A stretch of DNA of 63,928 bases, counting the filler, from Collodictyon triciliatum (lineage: Eukaryota): assembly GCA_043381765.1 (NCBI GenBank). It is 4 parts of 4 records of this genome, joined end to end, with 100 filler letters (N's around TTAATTAATTAA, not from the genome) between each part and the next. Parts side by side here need not be neighbours in the genome. Positions count along the whole stretch, not along the records: positions 33,806 to 50,558 come from JBHJMP010001515.1; positions 50,659 to 63,928 come from JBHJMP010001532.1; 2 more parts are not named here. One strand, written 5' to 3'. Each line of letters starts with the position of its first letter. Position 1 is the stretch's first letter. Below the pieces are notes generated by a model. It was not told where the DNA came from and made no database searches. It was given only the letters and a program-made list of their open reading frames with translations. Below, in pieces: positions 47,605 through 60,571 of this stretch. The position numbers were made by a program, and so were the translations under genes.

Positions 47605-50420
47605 TCAGCTAATTGGGCAGCTCGGAGCCCCTTCGGCCTCTTGCAGTCGCTCCATAACGTCATGGGTGAATAGATTAGAGATATCGAAAGACCCTCGAAC
47701 TGGTATTGTTCGGTCTCGCTATATTTGTGCGCCAGATTAAGAGTCGTTCGCATTACATCATGTCAGTATAATTTGCATACCACTCCAAATAAGATGCACA
47801 CTCATTTATTCTATTTCATTCAATTGAATTGGGATTGAATTGAATGCATAATAATTATAATAAAAACATATTCAATACATACAATCAAATCAGCAACATT
47901 TTTGTGGTGGAATAAAATGAAATAATAATAATTACAAAGTTTGATTCTTGTTTCATGGCCTCAGCGAGGTCTTTGTTATGGTATGTTTGCCCAAACGGCA
48001 ACCAGAGCTTCACTCCATTTTCGATACCACTATATAATATTTTGTTCAATTTCGTAAGGAACCATAAAGCAATTAAAAGAAAACAAAAAGAATGAATATT
48101 GGATGTAAGATACAATTTTTTATTTATATATCTGAATTGAAGAAAAAAAAAACCTTGTCGCCAGAATAGGGAACGAAGGATGAAACTGCACACAATTGAC
48201 TACATCTTTGTCCCCATTCTTCACATGTTTAATCTCCCCTGTATCGTGGTCCCAGAAAAACACTCGCCCAAAATCATCTCCACTGACAACATACTTTGCA
48301 GATGGGCCGAAGTAGTTGACCTAAGAGGTTTGTAGCATGGATTTGATACTTTAACTTCGATATACTATTGATGACAATACAATACAATACAAAACAATAC
48401 AATACAATACAATACAATACAATACAATACAATACAATACAATACAATACAATACAATACAATACAATACAATACAATACAATACAATATAATACTTTAT
48501 TATACATTACCTCCTTGATTGTTATTCTGTTCTTATGTCCTTGGTAACGGCAAAAATAGGAGACCCCTAATTTCAGATTATTAAACATAAAATGTCCTAA
48601 CTGGTTGCTGAGAATGAACCTTAATTCTGGGCATATTTCATGATGTGTACCTTTTTCAGGATCAGCTGTTCTTTGTCGTTTAACAGCGTTTTCATTGCTC
48701 CTCTCGGATTCATTCTCTCCAAGCTCGTCCAGATATTCCACGTCACCACTGTCGTCATCACTGTCATCATCACTGTCATCATCACTGTCATCATCACTGT
48801 CATCATCACTGTCATCATCACTGTCATCATCACTGTCATCATCACTGTCATCATCGCTGTCATCATCACTATCATCATCATCATCATCATCACTATCATC
48901 ATCACTATCGCTACTGTCTTCACTGTCGCTTCCGTGAATGAAGTTGCTGACCAATCCATTTTCAGTCGAGGAAATATCCTCCCAAGAGGAATTACCCTCA
49001 TCAGCCGTTGCTGAAACCAGACTGGTGGTCTGTGGGGAAGTTTGACATAGCCTAAACTTGGCCAGAATTTTGTAAATAAAAAAGTTTTTTATTCCGATCA
49101 TTATGATTAAGTCAGCTTCATTTTCAACCCATCATTTAGATATTATATGGACGAATATAATGATATTTACACGGATTTTACTTCAGGAACCGTTTCAGCA
49201 GCTTGACCTTGGTTTTCAGTACGCGGCTGAGGCTTGTCCAGATATTCATGAAAGTTTTGATAACATAATTAACAAGTCGCGATTTGCATTAAGTATTTTC
49301 ACAAGACATAGTGATATTTGAAATACATAAAGTAGAAACAATACCCGCATTCCCAGCTCGTTTTGTCCAATTTTAAAGGAATATATATCGCCACCTAACC
49401 ATTAATAGCACTTTGACTTGGCGAACATATTTGCATTTATAAGATACAACAGGTTTAATCAAGATATTATCATTCACCGGAGTAACTGGCTAGTACTTCT
49501 GTGCCATGAGGATGAAAAGCTACTCCTGTAACTTGAGAACTAAGATTGCGCCTGTTATTGGAAGAGAGGGTCGATTTCGTTTCTATGAGCGAAATATGAT
49601 TCCAAGATAATACTGAAACATACAGTTAGATACGTAAGGTTTTTGTTTTTTTTAAAAAAGAAAGGCACCTTTCTGCTTTTGGTTCAAAACAAGAAGAGGG
49701 AATATAATTCTCCTGCATAAGGACAACAATTTAAGTTAGGAAGCAATTACCACATAAAGTGTCTTGCTTCTGTGGAGGCGATGATTTGGACTCAAAAAAA
49801 ATTATTTTACTCACAGAGTCTGAAACACAAAGTTTCCTCCTATCATATACCATTACTCGGGGTGATAAACCACCAATCACAAAGTAGGCTGGGTCAACCT
49901 GGTTCATCGATATGCTACTGATGCCTCTTAATCTAGAATATATGTTTATACATGATTCGTTTTTAATATCAATAGAGTCATGAAAATACAGGAATACTCT
50001 TCAGAATTCCATTTTCCTATGTCCCATTATTTCGATATACTAAGCACAACTTTAATGTCATATTTTTTTATTTTAAAAAGCTAGAACGAAAGAAATCTTT
50101 GATAGAAATAAGACAAATAACCGATATTTCAGCTGTGTTTTCGACTGCCGAAAGTTTAAAATATGATTTCGGCACTTCATACCAGGCCGACATATATGCC
50201 TTTCTCTTAAATCGAAGAGACGAACAGTTCCATCCTATAATGGCATCGAATGTAACAAAAAAAATTTTTTGAAAAAAAAATCACCATGAACAGAGAAAAA
50301 TCTAAGTAATACTTTATCCTCATGTTACATACATCGCTGCCACTTAGAAAAATGGACGGAGAGGTCGGATCTTCTGCCAGCTTATTTGTGCTTTGCCGAT
50401 GGCACTTGAAGACAGTTGAG
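47605..50420 (-). CDS. WD40 DDB1/CUL4-associated factor, DCAF6/DCAF8/WDTC1 family, 5' truncated at spacer
   Basis: YFVIGG..VMVYDRRKL; VTGVAFHPHGTEVLASYS; YQGHKNRITIKE; VNYFGPSAKYVVSGDDFGRVFFWD; DKDVVNCVQFHP; SGIENGVKLW; C-terminus SCPIS*, resembling the family C-x-x-S end. Confidence 0.88.
48746..48925 (-). repeat. Coding 12-bp repeat encoding an acidic (DDDS)n insertion
   Basis: CACTGTCATCAT repeats on + strand, inside the 275-aa ORF. Confidence 0.9.
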
Positions 50421-50558
50421 TTCTGCTCATTTTTGAATTTAGAGGAGAAGGAGAAGGAGAAAGAGAAAGGAGAAAGGAGAAAGGAGAAAGGAGAAAGGAG
50501 AAAGGAGAAAGGAGAAAGGAGAAAGGAGAAAGGAGAAAGGAGAAAGGAGAAAGGAGAA

Positions 50559-50658
50559 NNNNNNNNNNNNNNNNNNNNNNNNNNNNNNNNNNNNNNNNNN
50601 NNTTAATTAATTAANNNNNNNNNNNNNNNNNNNNNNNNNNNNNNNNNNNNNNNNNNNN
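50559..50658. other. Artificial scaffold-joining spacer
   Basis: Same 100-bp structure. Confidence 0.97.
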
Positions 50659-50775
50659 GGAATCTTAAGAGGATAATTTTGTTTGTGATAGGGTTTGTTG
50701 CTATGTCGTCTATTCTCTTTGGAAGTATTGCAATAATTCAAATGGAGATGGCGAAGGAAGCCGTTATTTTTGAAG

Positions 50776-50880
50776 AAATTGCAGACATGACTGTCAATTA
50801 TATCGATAGCGGTGATCAAGAAGGCCTGGAAACGTGCGTTAAGATTTTATTATAATTTTTCGTTCGCACACTTTATCAGA

Positions 50881-50979
<99 letters not shown>

Positions 50980-53460
50980 ATCTGTAATTGAATGGGGTCA
51001 TTTGCTTTACTATCATATACTCTGCAGAATAAAAGTGGACATTAGAATGAAACATTTGCTCGCTGGGACAATGGTTCTGTGGATAAATGAACGAATCTGT
51101 TTCAGGTTTTCTATCCTTATATATGTAATCGATTGCAAACCTGGGTGAATCAGTGTAACGAAATTTATATGATAAACAGCACAAAGGAATCGGCCAATCA
51201 ATATCATGCTTCATGTTGTATGAACGAATTAACGGATAAAGATAACATCCGTATCGACCTTTATTACGTGGACAGAAATTCCAAAACGAAGCTTCTCGTC
51301 AGTAAATGTATGAATTTGAAGCCACCTTACTTCTCACTTTTTTTCAATTTACTTTAAAAGGGGATGTTTTTCCTCGCTTTGATGAAGCTGTCGTTGCATT
51401 TTATTCGAATATAATTAATTTGGTAAAGTAATTATGGATTGTGTTGAATCAGCCTGGATTCGTAGTGAAGAAATTGTGGACAATAGCCTTCCTTGTGAGC
51501 AGCCACTTGGCTCGTCATTTTGTGCACCTTCATTTTTCTTGATTGGTCCATATAAGTCCGGCACAACATCAATATTCAAGTATTTATCAAAGCACCCACA
51601 AGTGAAGTTTCCCTCAAGAATGTCCATTGGGTTCGTAATATTTGAATTGACTGTTCTCATGACCAATATACATACTTTTTTATGGCTCTGATTGCAAAAC
51701 GATCATTCATGCACAACAGATAATTTATTATTAATCCATCAATATTTTTTCAGATACCCTGGAATCAACCCAAAATATATGAATGATTCCAGCTTCAAAG
51801 CCAGCAGACCAAGCGAAGACATCAGACCTGGTTTATCAGCAGAAGGAATATTGAAAGATGCTTACAATGATGGTATTATTTCATGTTATATAGTATCTAA
51901 GCAAAAGATTTTATTATACATTCTTTTTTCTTTGACATCTTTCGTCATTGACGGGATGACGAAATACGATACATTTCTGACGTATTTTCATAAAAAGAGG
52001 CACCGCCGAATTACACGCATTTCAAGCAAAAAGAGCTCCATTTTTTCGATCAAAAATACCAATTATCTGATGATCGCATGAAGGAGTAAAACTAACAATA
52101 AATAACGAATTGTTTTGAAAATTTTACTGATAAATGATATATGTCAACATACAAGAGAAAGAAATCGCCTTCAAAGAACTCTAAAGTATACTTTCCAACT
52201 AGGTATCTAAAACTTTTCCCGAAAATCACACCGGGAAGTAACATTATAACTGGTGACGGAACTCCGACATATTTGACATCAGCTGATGTAGATCCCCCCC
52301 TTTTTTTTTGCCTTATTTCCATCGCCAAGAAACGGTAATTTGCAGTGTAAATTTATTGATGAACTCTTCCCATGGTAGGCCCCTGAACGAATTTCCAAGA
52401 TATTACCGAGGTCAAAAATGATTGTGATGATGAGGAATCCTACTGAAAGAGTCATATCCCAAAATTGTCATAGAGTTGCTCTGAATCAAATAGTGGTTCT
52501 TATGAAAAAGCGTCTTTTGACTCCGTCTTTATTATCTGAAAATAGAATGGTAAATAAAAATGGCTAAATTCCAATGAAAGTATTCTTGATGAATTTGAAC
52601 AATTTTATCAGTTTAATATAATTTCAGTTCTTTTGAAAGCTTTTCGATAAAATAGGTTTAATCAACTGGTATATTTCTTTATTATTTCTTCCATAGGTCA
52701 TTCCTTCTAAAAAAGAGGCTAGACTCATCAATCTTAACATCAATAAAACAATTTCATTATCGATTCCAATAATTGAGGAGTGTGTAAACAAACATAAAGA
52801 GTGGTCCCAAGTATATCCATGCATCACAAATGCGAATAACCCAAGGATACAACTCCACCTGGATGATTATTTGCTTCACGCAATATATGACCTGCAAGTA
52901 CTTTCATATAGTTTTCAATCTTTCTTCCTTCCATTACGCTTTAGTAAATGGAAACAAACAAAATCCTAGATAGCACATTGGTTCAGATATTTCCCAAGAA
53001 ATCAGTTTATTTTCATATCTACAAATGACCTTAAGAGGAACGCCTCAAAAGTCATGAATCGCGTAAGACTAACTTTGATATATATTCTCTGGTAACAATC
53101 CTTTTTTTTTTTTTTTATCGAAATATATCATCAAACGACTGTCACTTCGAGCCTCTATCTGAGGGATAAAAAAAAACCAAAAATTACTCGGGTTGTAAAT
53201 GGGTTCTCTCTTTCGAATAGATAACAAAGTTCTTGGGAATTTCAAATATCGAATGGGCCACAATAACCCAACGAAAATACGATGTGGGCATCAATCCTTA
53301 CCAATATATCGGCTCTGATTCGATTGTGATTCTAGACGACCTGAGCAACTTCCGCCTCAAATGCCCAGTGCCGCCACAAGAAATCACAGAATCGCTGGAT
53401 CGTTTCTACCACAATCACAGCGAATCAGCTTTCAAACTTCTTGGCCAAACCTTCTGGTAG
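50776..53460 (+). CDS. PAPS-dependent sulfotransferase, HS3ST/NDST-like, multi-exon, 5' end uncertain
   Basis: PSFFLIGPYKSGTTSIFKYLSKHPQ (5'-PSB loop); YLKLFP...ITGDGTPTYL; KMIVMMRNPTERVIS (3'-PB); HWFRYFPRNQFIFI; LDRFY...LFKLLG-like end, W*. Confidence 0.9.
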
Positions 53461-53790
53461 TATCAATATATAAGGCAATTAGCAGTCGCTCGTGATTTTT
53501 GAAACATGCTCACTGCCATCTAATCTTCTGTCATCCTTCAAGTATTCGGCTGTGTTAAGACTCTTTTATATACTCTTTGATGAATTTAACCTCATAATAA
53601 AGCACCTAAAATCCGTATTATATTTTTTTTAAAAAAAAGGTGACATTCCCTCAACAATATAGTTTTTATTAGCGCATGATTCATTTTATTCACCACAATC
53701 CTGCCAGAAAAGAATAAGAGAGACTATGCTGTTCTTGTGCGATGGATTGAATGGTAATGATCTATCATTCATGGAAGTGCTCGAATGAGT

Positions 53791-55401
53791 CTAAAGCTTC
53801 GATTGGCCTGGGGCTAGAAGGGATGGTGGGGTGTCCACCTCTTCCAAAGTGTAGGATGAGGACTCATCCTTTGGCAACAGCTCGCGGAGAAGACAAATCA
53901 GCTCTCCATGCTCTCCGGCGTAAAGCGTATTCTTGTGGTTGATTCTGTCCTTGCTGATGGCAACTTCAAATGAACCTACACATGCAAACCACGTGGTCGT
54001 GATTAATACCAAGCAGTCCCGTTTGCGACACATAGCCAGAGACATATGCTTCGAAGTGGCACGCCAAATCAAAATAAGGAAGAAGAAAACGGCATCACAC
54101 TCACCATCCGCCTCATACTTGATCTGGGTGTGGTTCAGGAAGATCTGGTTCTGGAAGTAGTCGAGCGTCTCCAGCCACATGTTGACCAGGGAGATGGAAA
54201 AGTATCTGCAGTTGGCACGCAGGCCGCGCACGAGCACCGTCTTTCCCGGGACCAGCAGAATGCGAGCCCAGATGTAACGGTTGTCTGTGGTTGGGAAGAG
54301 GCGGCTGTTTGTGCCGGCCACCACAAGGGTGTTTAGGGAAACCATGCGCATCATCTGGTAGGCGTGGATGGTGTTGTCCATCAGGGCTTCCAGAAGCTTC
54401 CCGGCCAGGCTGGTCAAGTGGGCCATGCGCAGTTCGGGCGAGACGCGCGGGGTTTCGTCCTTGCTGACTAGGCGGATGTCGAAGCGCACACGGGGGTCTT
54501 TGGTGCGGTCTGTGAAGTACTGCCGCCCGATGACAGCAACCTCGTCGCCCTCGCCGTAGAGGACCTTTGCTCCTTTCGCATCGTACGTGTTGCCCTTAAC
54601 CATCAGATACAAGACAAACGTATTGTCTGCGTCCACGCTCAGCTCCTCGTCGAAGATGTTTGCCCCGACGCGGCCGTTTGCACCGTACATCTGGAACGAG
54701 TAGTAGAGCACCCCGGGCGGGACGTGGCCTGTGATGCGGTAGACACGGTTGTCCTGCAGGTTGATGTTGCAGCGGTGGTAGTCTGTGTCTGGCGAGTCGA
54801 GATACATCTGCGGATGGGGTGGTGGTTGCGGGTCACTCATTACCTTCCCGAGCTGGAGTGAAAGAAAAGAAAAAGAAGAAAAAGAAGAAAAAGAAGAAAA
54901 AGAAGAAAAAGAAGAAAAAGAAGAAAAAGAAGAAAAAGAAGAAAAAGAAGAAAAAGAAAGAAAAAAAAAGAAAAAAAAGAAAAAAAAGAAAAAAAAGAAA
55001 AAAAAGAAAAAAAAGAAAAAAAGAAAAAAAGAAAAAAAGAAAAAAAGAAAAAAGAAAAGAAGACAAGGGCTTGTGGTGCAGATTTTCTCCTTTGTATTAT
55101 CATCTTTCTTTATTTGTTTTGGTTCTCCTTATTTTCCTCATATGTGTGTACATATAGTACAAAATAAAAAAAAATGATGATAGGAGCGTGCCTTGTGGAT
55201 CGGCGTGATGCCTTTGAAAAGACGCGGGTTGTCCACATCGTAGTTTACGCGGATGTTGATGCCGTACGAAATCATGCGAAGGAGAAAGCGGAAGCCATCT
55301 GCGCGGTCGACGGCAGAGTCTGCTTCGATCTTGTCGGCGTACGAGCGGGCGAGTTCAAAGTAGGCGCGAGTGGCCTCCTGCAGGGCTTGTGTGTCGTTCA
55401 T
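53791..55401 (-). CDS. Bacterial-type DUF1214-like protein (exons 55192-55401, 54105-54807, 53791-53975)
   Basis: DRADGFRFLLR, K|MYLDSPDTDY, YRITG..YYSFQ, LSVDADNTF, RQYFTD, CRYFSISLVNMWLETLDY, LNHTQIKYEADG|SFEVAIS. These match the pattern I recall for actinobacterial/proteobacterial DUF1214 proteins. Confidence 0.75.
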
Positions 55402-56027
55402 GTCCTGCGTTGCCGGGTTTGGTGCGTTTGTTATACATGGCCTTATTTCACAGGGCACAATGTGGAGAGGAAGAGAAAGGGCCTCTGGGCGGGGAAAGTG
55501 GGAGTGCGCCAGCCGCGATTTCGGGCCTTCAACACAGCGCCTCTGCCTTGTTTGTCTTTGATTGCTGTGTGATTGGGTGCCTCGATGAATCAAGACAGCT
55601 CCTGAGTGACGTTTCTGTGGGATGTGCTTAGCATGCGCACATATCCAATTATGGCGATTTCATATCTCATACAAATATAGAAATAGATTAATTTGCATGC
55701 AGCATTTTTCATTGAATTTTTTGGTGCGACTCCAGCACCAAATGTGGATGCGTGTTCCCAATGAGGGTCGGCGAATTCTAGATGTGAAATCTGCACGATG
55801 CTCCGTCTTTGTGGAAGGGATGGTTTAATGGTACAACCCAAAGGGAGATGAGATATGATATGGAAATGCTGGGAATGGAGAGATGCAGCGGACAGTTTCA
55901 GAAGAAAGTTGGGGGCTAGAGAATGTGCCAGATACCAAAGAGCAATGTGGGAGAGGATTAATGGATAAGGTTAAAGAGAGCGCCACGTCCAGCCAAGAAG
56001 GGCAGATGCGCCGCAATTTGGGGCGAA

Positions 56028-57150
56028 TCAGCAGGATGGCGTTCTGATGGCCTGGTCGAACTGCACAGCCACAGTGGCCAGGAAGGAGAGCATCGAAGCA
56101 TTAGAGCATTCATCATCGGATGAAAAGGATGGCGTAAGGGGTGTGATGGGTGTGGAGATGCGAGGAGACATGGCAAGGCCCGGACGTTGCAAGGACGCCG
56201 CGAGGGTCGAATTCGGTGGGTTTTCAATGACAGGGTAAGGCTTCTCGTCAGTCGTGGATGCGGCTGAAAATTCGCTTGGCTGGTGGGCAAGAGCCTCGCG
56301 CTGCCTCTCCTGCATATAGCGTGTGCGGCACTGGATGTCAGTGCGTCCGTTAACGTGGCGTGAGACAAGCGACCAGGCTTTGGTGCCGTACATGTCGACA
56401 GCCTCGTTGAGCAGCTTTATCTCGTGGTCGAGCCATACCCCTGGTGACATTGTAATGAATGGTGAGGACGGGATAGCGAGCAGATTTCCTTGCGTTGCAT
56501 GAATTGAATGGATGCAAGGTGATTTTCTACCTTTGCGGATGGTAGGATTCAGCGTACGAGACCAGCGTTGTGAGCACTGTTCGGCTGAGCGGTAGTACGT
56601 GCCATTGGAGCGTTGTGTGATAAACTTCGAGATTTCAACCCAGCACAAGTTCAGCCTGAGTTTTTTTTTTTTTTTAGAAAGTGTTATGCAGTGCCTGAGA
56701 CAATGTAGTCAGAGGGGGCACAAAGGGTGGATTGTAAATTGGTCATTCAGAATCGACGTTCTTCTTTTTTTTTTTTTGGTGGGGTGCTTGAGGAAAAGAT
56801 TTACATGACACCCTCAGCGAGGAGTTCGTCTTCTTCGCGCGTCCATGAGTTGACATTCTTTCGTCTGCAATATAGAGAGCATGATCAGTTATTTTTCTAT
56901 CGTGCTGGTTCTAACTTCTGATTTGAAAGCCGGTTCTGTGGTATGGTGTGATATTGCCTGTTCGCCTTACTTTGTGTATGAGACGTTCGCGAGCTGCAGC
57001 GGACAAGGAGAGCGGGGCGAATCAATTTCCTCCGGTCGACTGAGAGGGGAGAAGCTGTGGCGAGTGAGTGGACGCGAGTCGACTTTGGTGAAGGCCTTCG
57101 GCTAGAGTAGGGAAGAATATTATCAGTCTGGACTGAAATCTGTGGTGTTC
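56028..57150 (-). CDS. Two-repeat MYB transcription factor; 5' exon boundaries uncertain
   Basis: WTREEDELLAEGVM|LNLCWVEISK...RSAEQCSQRWSRTLNPTIRKG|VWLDHEIKLL..YGTKAWSLVSRHVNGRTDIQCRTRY. Confidence 0.9.
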
Positions 57151-57879
57151 CTTCAGGGCCACGGTGCAAGGCGCGGCTTGAACAGGCTTAACGAGGCAGA
57201 GAGAAGCGAAGAAATCTCACCATGATGATAGTTATGTGTGTAGCTGCGGGTTGGACTTGCTTTGCGCAGGCGGGGGAAAGACGGGCAGTATCTGCTTGTG
57301 GTTGGGAAAACTCGGGTCAACACAGGATTCATTGGTGTTGTACGAGAAGGTTGATATGTGAGGCTTCTGCATGAGATGGTTTTCCCGGCAGGCCTTCTCC
57401 TGTTGTGGTGTCCTTTGGAGCGCGTCTGCTTCTTGCTGCTAGTGATCTGTTGGGAAGGCTCAGCCACGCGGGAATACACACATTGCAAGGCACGCCAGTT
57501 AGTGTACCAAGCCCAAGGCGCTCTTTATACCCTCTGCTGTATACGTGATACGCCCTTGTGCTTGCTGGGTCGGGAACAAGGCTTTGGGAATCTGTGGTGC
57601 ATTCCCACGTCCTCATTGGGCGATTCCCAGCTCGTAACGGGAACGTCCCCAAACCTCTAGTATTGTACATAGAGTATCATATTTTTTATATGGAAATTTG
57701 CTATGTTACCGCTTCGATTGTTTTTTTTCTTCATCTCTCTTTTTTTCATTTGGTCTACTAACTTCTGTTTATGTTAATGGAACATAGGAATGGCGAGCCC
57801 CAGTTTTTTTCCCCTGAGAGGCTATTTTGGATAGGTGGATTTGAGAGATTGTTGTTGGAAAATAGACACTTGAAACTGC

Positions 57880-60571
57880 CTAGCTGTCGTCTTCAACAAG
57901 CATGGCCCGCAGCACAGGGTTCTTGATTGACCCAGCGTCGGATTCAGAGAGTTGTACAAGGTGGCGGGCATCTTCGAGGAAATCCTGCAGCAGCCTGAAT
58001 ATTTGCACTGAAAACTGCGTTGGACGTTCATAGATGTTGTAGAGTATCACAGACATGTGGATGAGCGGGAATGCTTGGTTGGACTCCACCAGGCTGCAAT
58101 TCACCATTGTCGATGCCATCGCGTTCAATTCTCTGAAGACAGACAAGTACAGATGCAAGAAATTAAAAAATAAGAATCGAACGACACAGTAAGTGTAGAG
58201 GCATGTTGAGAACTTAGCGCATACATATCTGTTTACTTCAAAAATGAGAATACGAATGTTCCAATTATAATTGATTTTTTTGCTGTGTGCGGTATACATA
58301 GCAATCACCTCTCATCTTCTGCACATTCCGGTCCTTTTATAGCGCACTGAAAGAAACGCGCAGACCGTTTAATCACGGGTATGCATATAAGTGGAACAAC
58401 CTATGCAAAGGACACTTCTTTGTTATCTATTTCTCAAAAATAAACGTTTATATCATTAAAAAATATTTATATAAACAGAAAAATTATTTAGGACGGCTCC
58501 ATCCCAAATTAATGGTTGTAGATATTACAGTGGTTATAATAATGTGGTTTATCAATCTACTTTACAATGCTAGTATTAATGTAATGCACGAATGAATGTG
58601 ATTGTACTTTTGGTTGCACCGGTCCTCTCGTGTCGATGATAGTGACGTTTTTCAGTAGCCTTTGAACCCATCGTTTCTGCACCTCCGATTCGACGACCTG
58701 AAGGAGCTTTGGAAGCGCAGATATCGTCTCCACCATACGTGTACATATGATGGAAAGGGCCTCCGCTGGGTCGATTCTAGGGCTGCCTATTTCTGTAGAC
58801 GAGTCAGAATGAATAAACACAACGACAGAAAAAAATAAAACGATTGATTATCTTGCATATGACTGTCTATTCCACAGTGTATTAGATATTTATTTACATG
58901 AAAAATGAGCAGTTTGAGAAGAGATTCAAAAAAAAAAGAGAAGGAAAACATGCGACTTTGTCATTAAGTTATGCTTACTTAATATTTTTGTTGGGCGATA
59001 TGTAAGACCGTCTTCAGAATCCTAGTATTGTTTATGTCAGATAAATTCAATGTCACAACGCTTATTCATGTAATCAATCAGAATTTAAAAAAAAAAAAAA
59101 AGAAGAGGGAGGGAGGTTAGCTCCATATTTTTCGAATTCTATTTTTACCTCATCAGGAAGAGACCAGTTTAACGGGGTTGAAACAAGGACTTGAATCAGA
59201 GAGTGAACATAGTCACGCACAGGCAAGTCAAGGGGAATTTCGGGCAGCTGAGTGATTCTATTCGAGTATGGATTGGGCCTTGACTGTATCAGAATTTCAC
59301 CTCCATGAGACGAGCCGAGCGGAGAGTCGTTGTGACTAGCTGCACTGCTATCAGATTCTCCTCGTGCATCAGATGTGCCTTTCGTTGCATCTGTAGCGAT
59401 GCCTCCTGATACATTCCTCATGTGCCGCAAGACTGGGCTCGGGTACTCTGACAGAATCTGCTCCAGAAATTCATCGGAGGAATTATGCAGTTCGCTCATT
59501 CTCGAATCAACTAGTTTGCGAAGCGAGTGAACGTAGTCCTTGGCTGTAGTTGGATATGGGTTTACGGGAGCCTCATGAGAGACAGAGGACTTTGGGGAAA
59601 GTAAGATATGCGGGCTGGCGACCTGGGTGGCGGAAGCCGGAAACAAGGACGAAGAATACCAAGGCTCTAGAAGTGCAACGTTTCCAGGAGTCGAGTTTAC
59701 GTACATCTGGCCTAGATTCCCGAGGCTTGGCATGGATGTAATTGTTGTGTTGGGGAGAGTGAATGGGAAGGGAGCAGAGAATGGAAACGGTGCATAGGGT
59801 AGAACGGCTGGTGCTTGTGTTGTCTGCGGGTTTTGACAGGCAACCAGCTGCGGTGGGGTCGATGTTTCTGTGTGCGCAGGGCAGATAACATTGGTTTGTG
59901 CAGTATTGTGATGTGGTGTATCTGCTATATTTGAACAAATATGGGTTTATATTAGTTGTTTCTAGGTGCAGATAAAGGCTAGGAGACAGGCAAACTAGCT
60001 GCGAACATTATCTATAGAGAAATACGAGGAAGTCGTACACTCCAGCCCGCATTTCTTGGCCTTTCTGCCCCGTTTGCTCACTGGCGCATCAACACACACA
60101 AGACCCTTCTGTCTGCACCGCGAACAAGGTCGTTCTGTTGTCAAAAAAAAATAGAAAGAAAAAAGGAACGATATCAGAAGACAAGAACAAGAAAGAAAAG
60201 CAGCACGATAAAACTTCTATACCGGTGCCTTTGAAGTAATATATATAGATTTTTGGGGATATATTCGGATGAAAACTCCAACCGTGGTCGCACGAAACAT
60301 GTGAGCTTCTGCAGTTGATGCAGACAACTCTCAGCCTGCTGCTAGTGCTGTTCGATGTGCTGTTCCGGTTCTGTGTAGCCGCTGCTTCGTCAAGCTGCTC
60401 GGTTGTGTGTTGTTCTTGTTGTGTAGACGACGGCATAGACGAAGGTAGGGGCGACTCGCTTAGTTGCAGTGCGTCTCCAAACTGAAACTGGTCATTCTCT
60501 GGAAAGTCGGCTGGACAGTCTGCAAAGCACAGTTGATCCGGATCAAAAGCATCAAAGAGCGGGTAGTTCAT
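57880..60571 (-). CDS. Zn(II)2Cys6 transcription factor, Ert1/Rds2-like DNA-binding domain, multi-exon
   Basis: VVCINCRSSHVSCDH|ERPCSRCRQKGLVCVDAP gives all six Cys after splicing; further exons run to ...LVEDDS* at 57880. Confidence 0.85.

Noticed and set aside
53976-54104. 43-aa hydrophobic insertion in the DUF1214-like ORF
   Set aside because: A 129-bp stop-free GT-AG intron; removing it restores YEADG-SFEV.
54785-55177. Poly-K/E/F/N/Y ORFs here and at 1103-2084, 11182-11731, 41285-41744 and 60570-61078
   Set aside because: Translations of intronic or UTR simple repeats.
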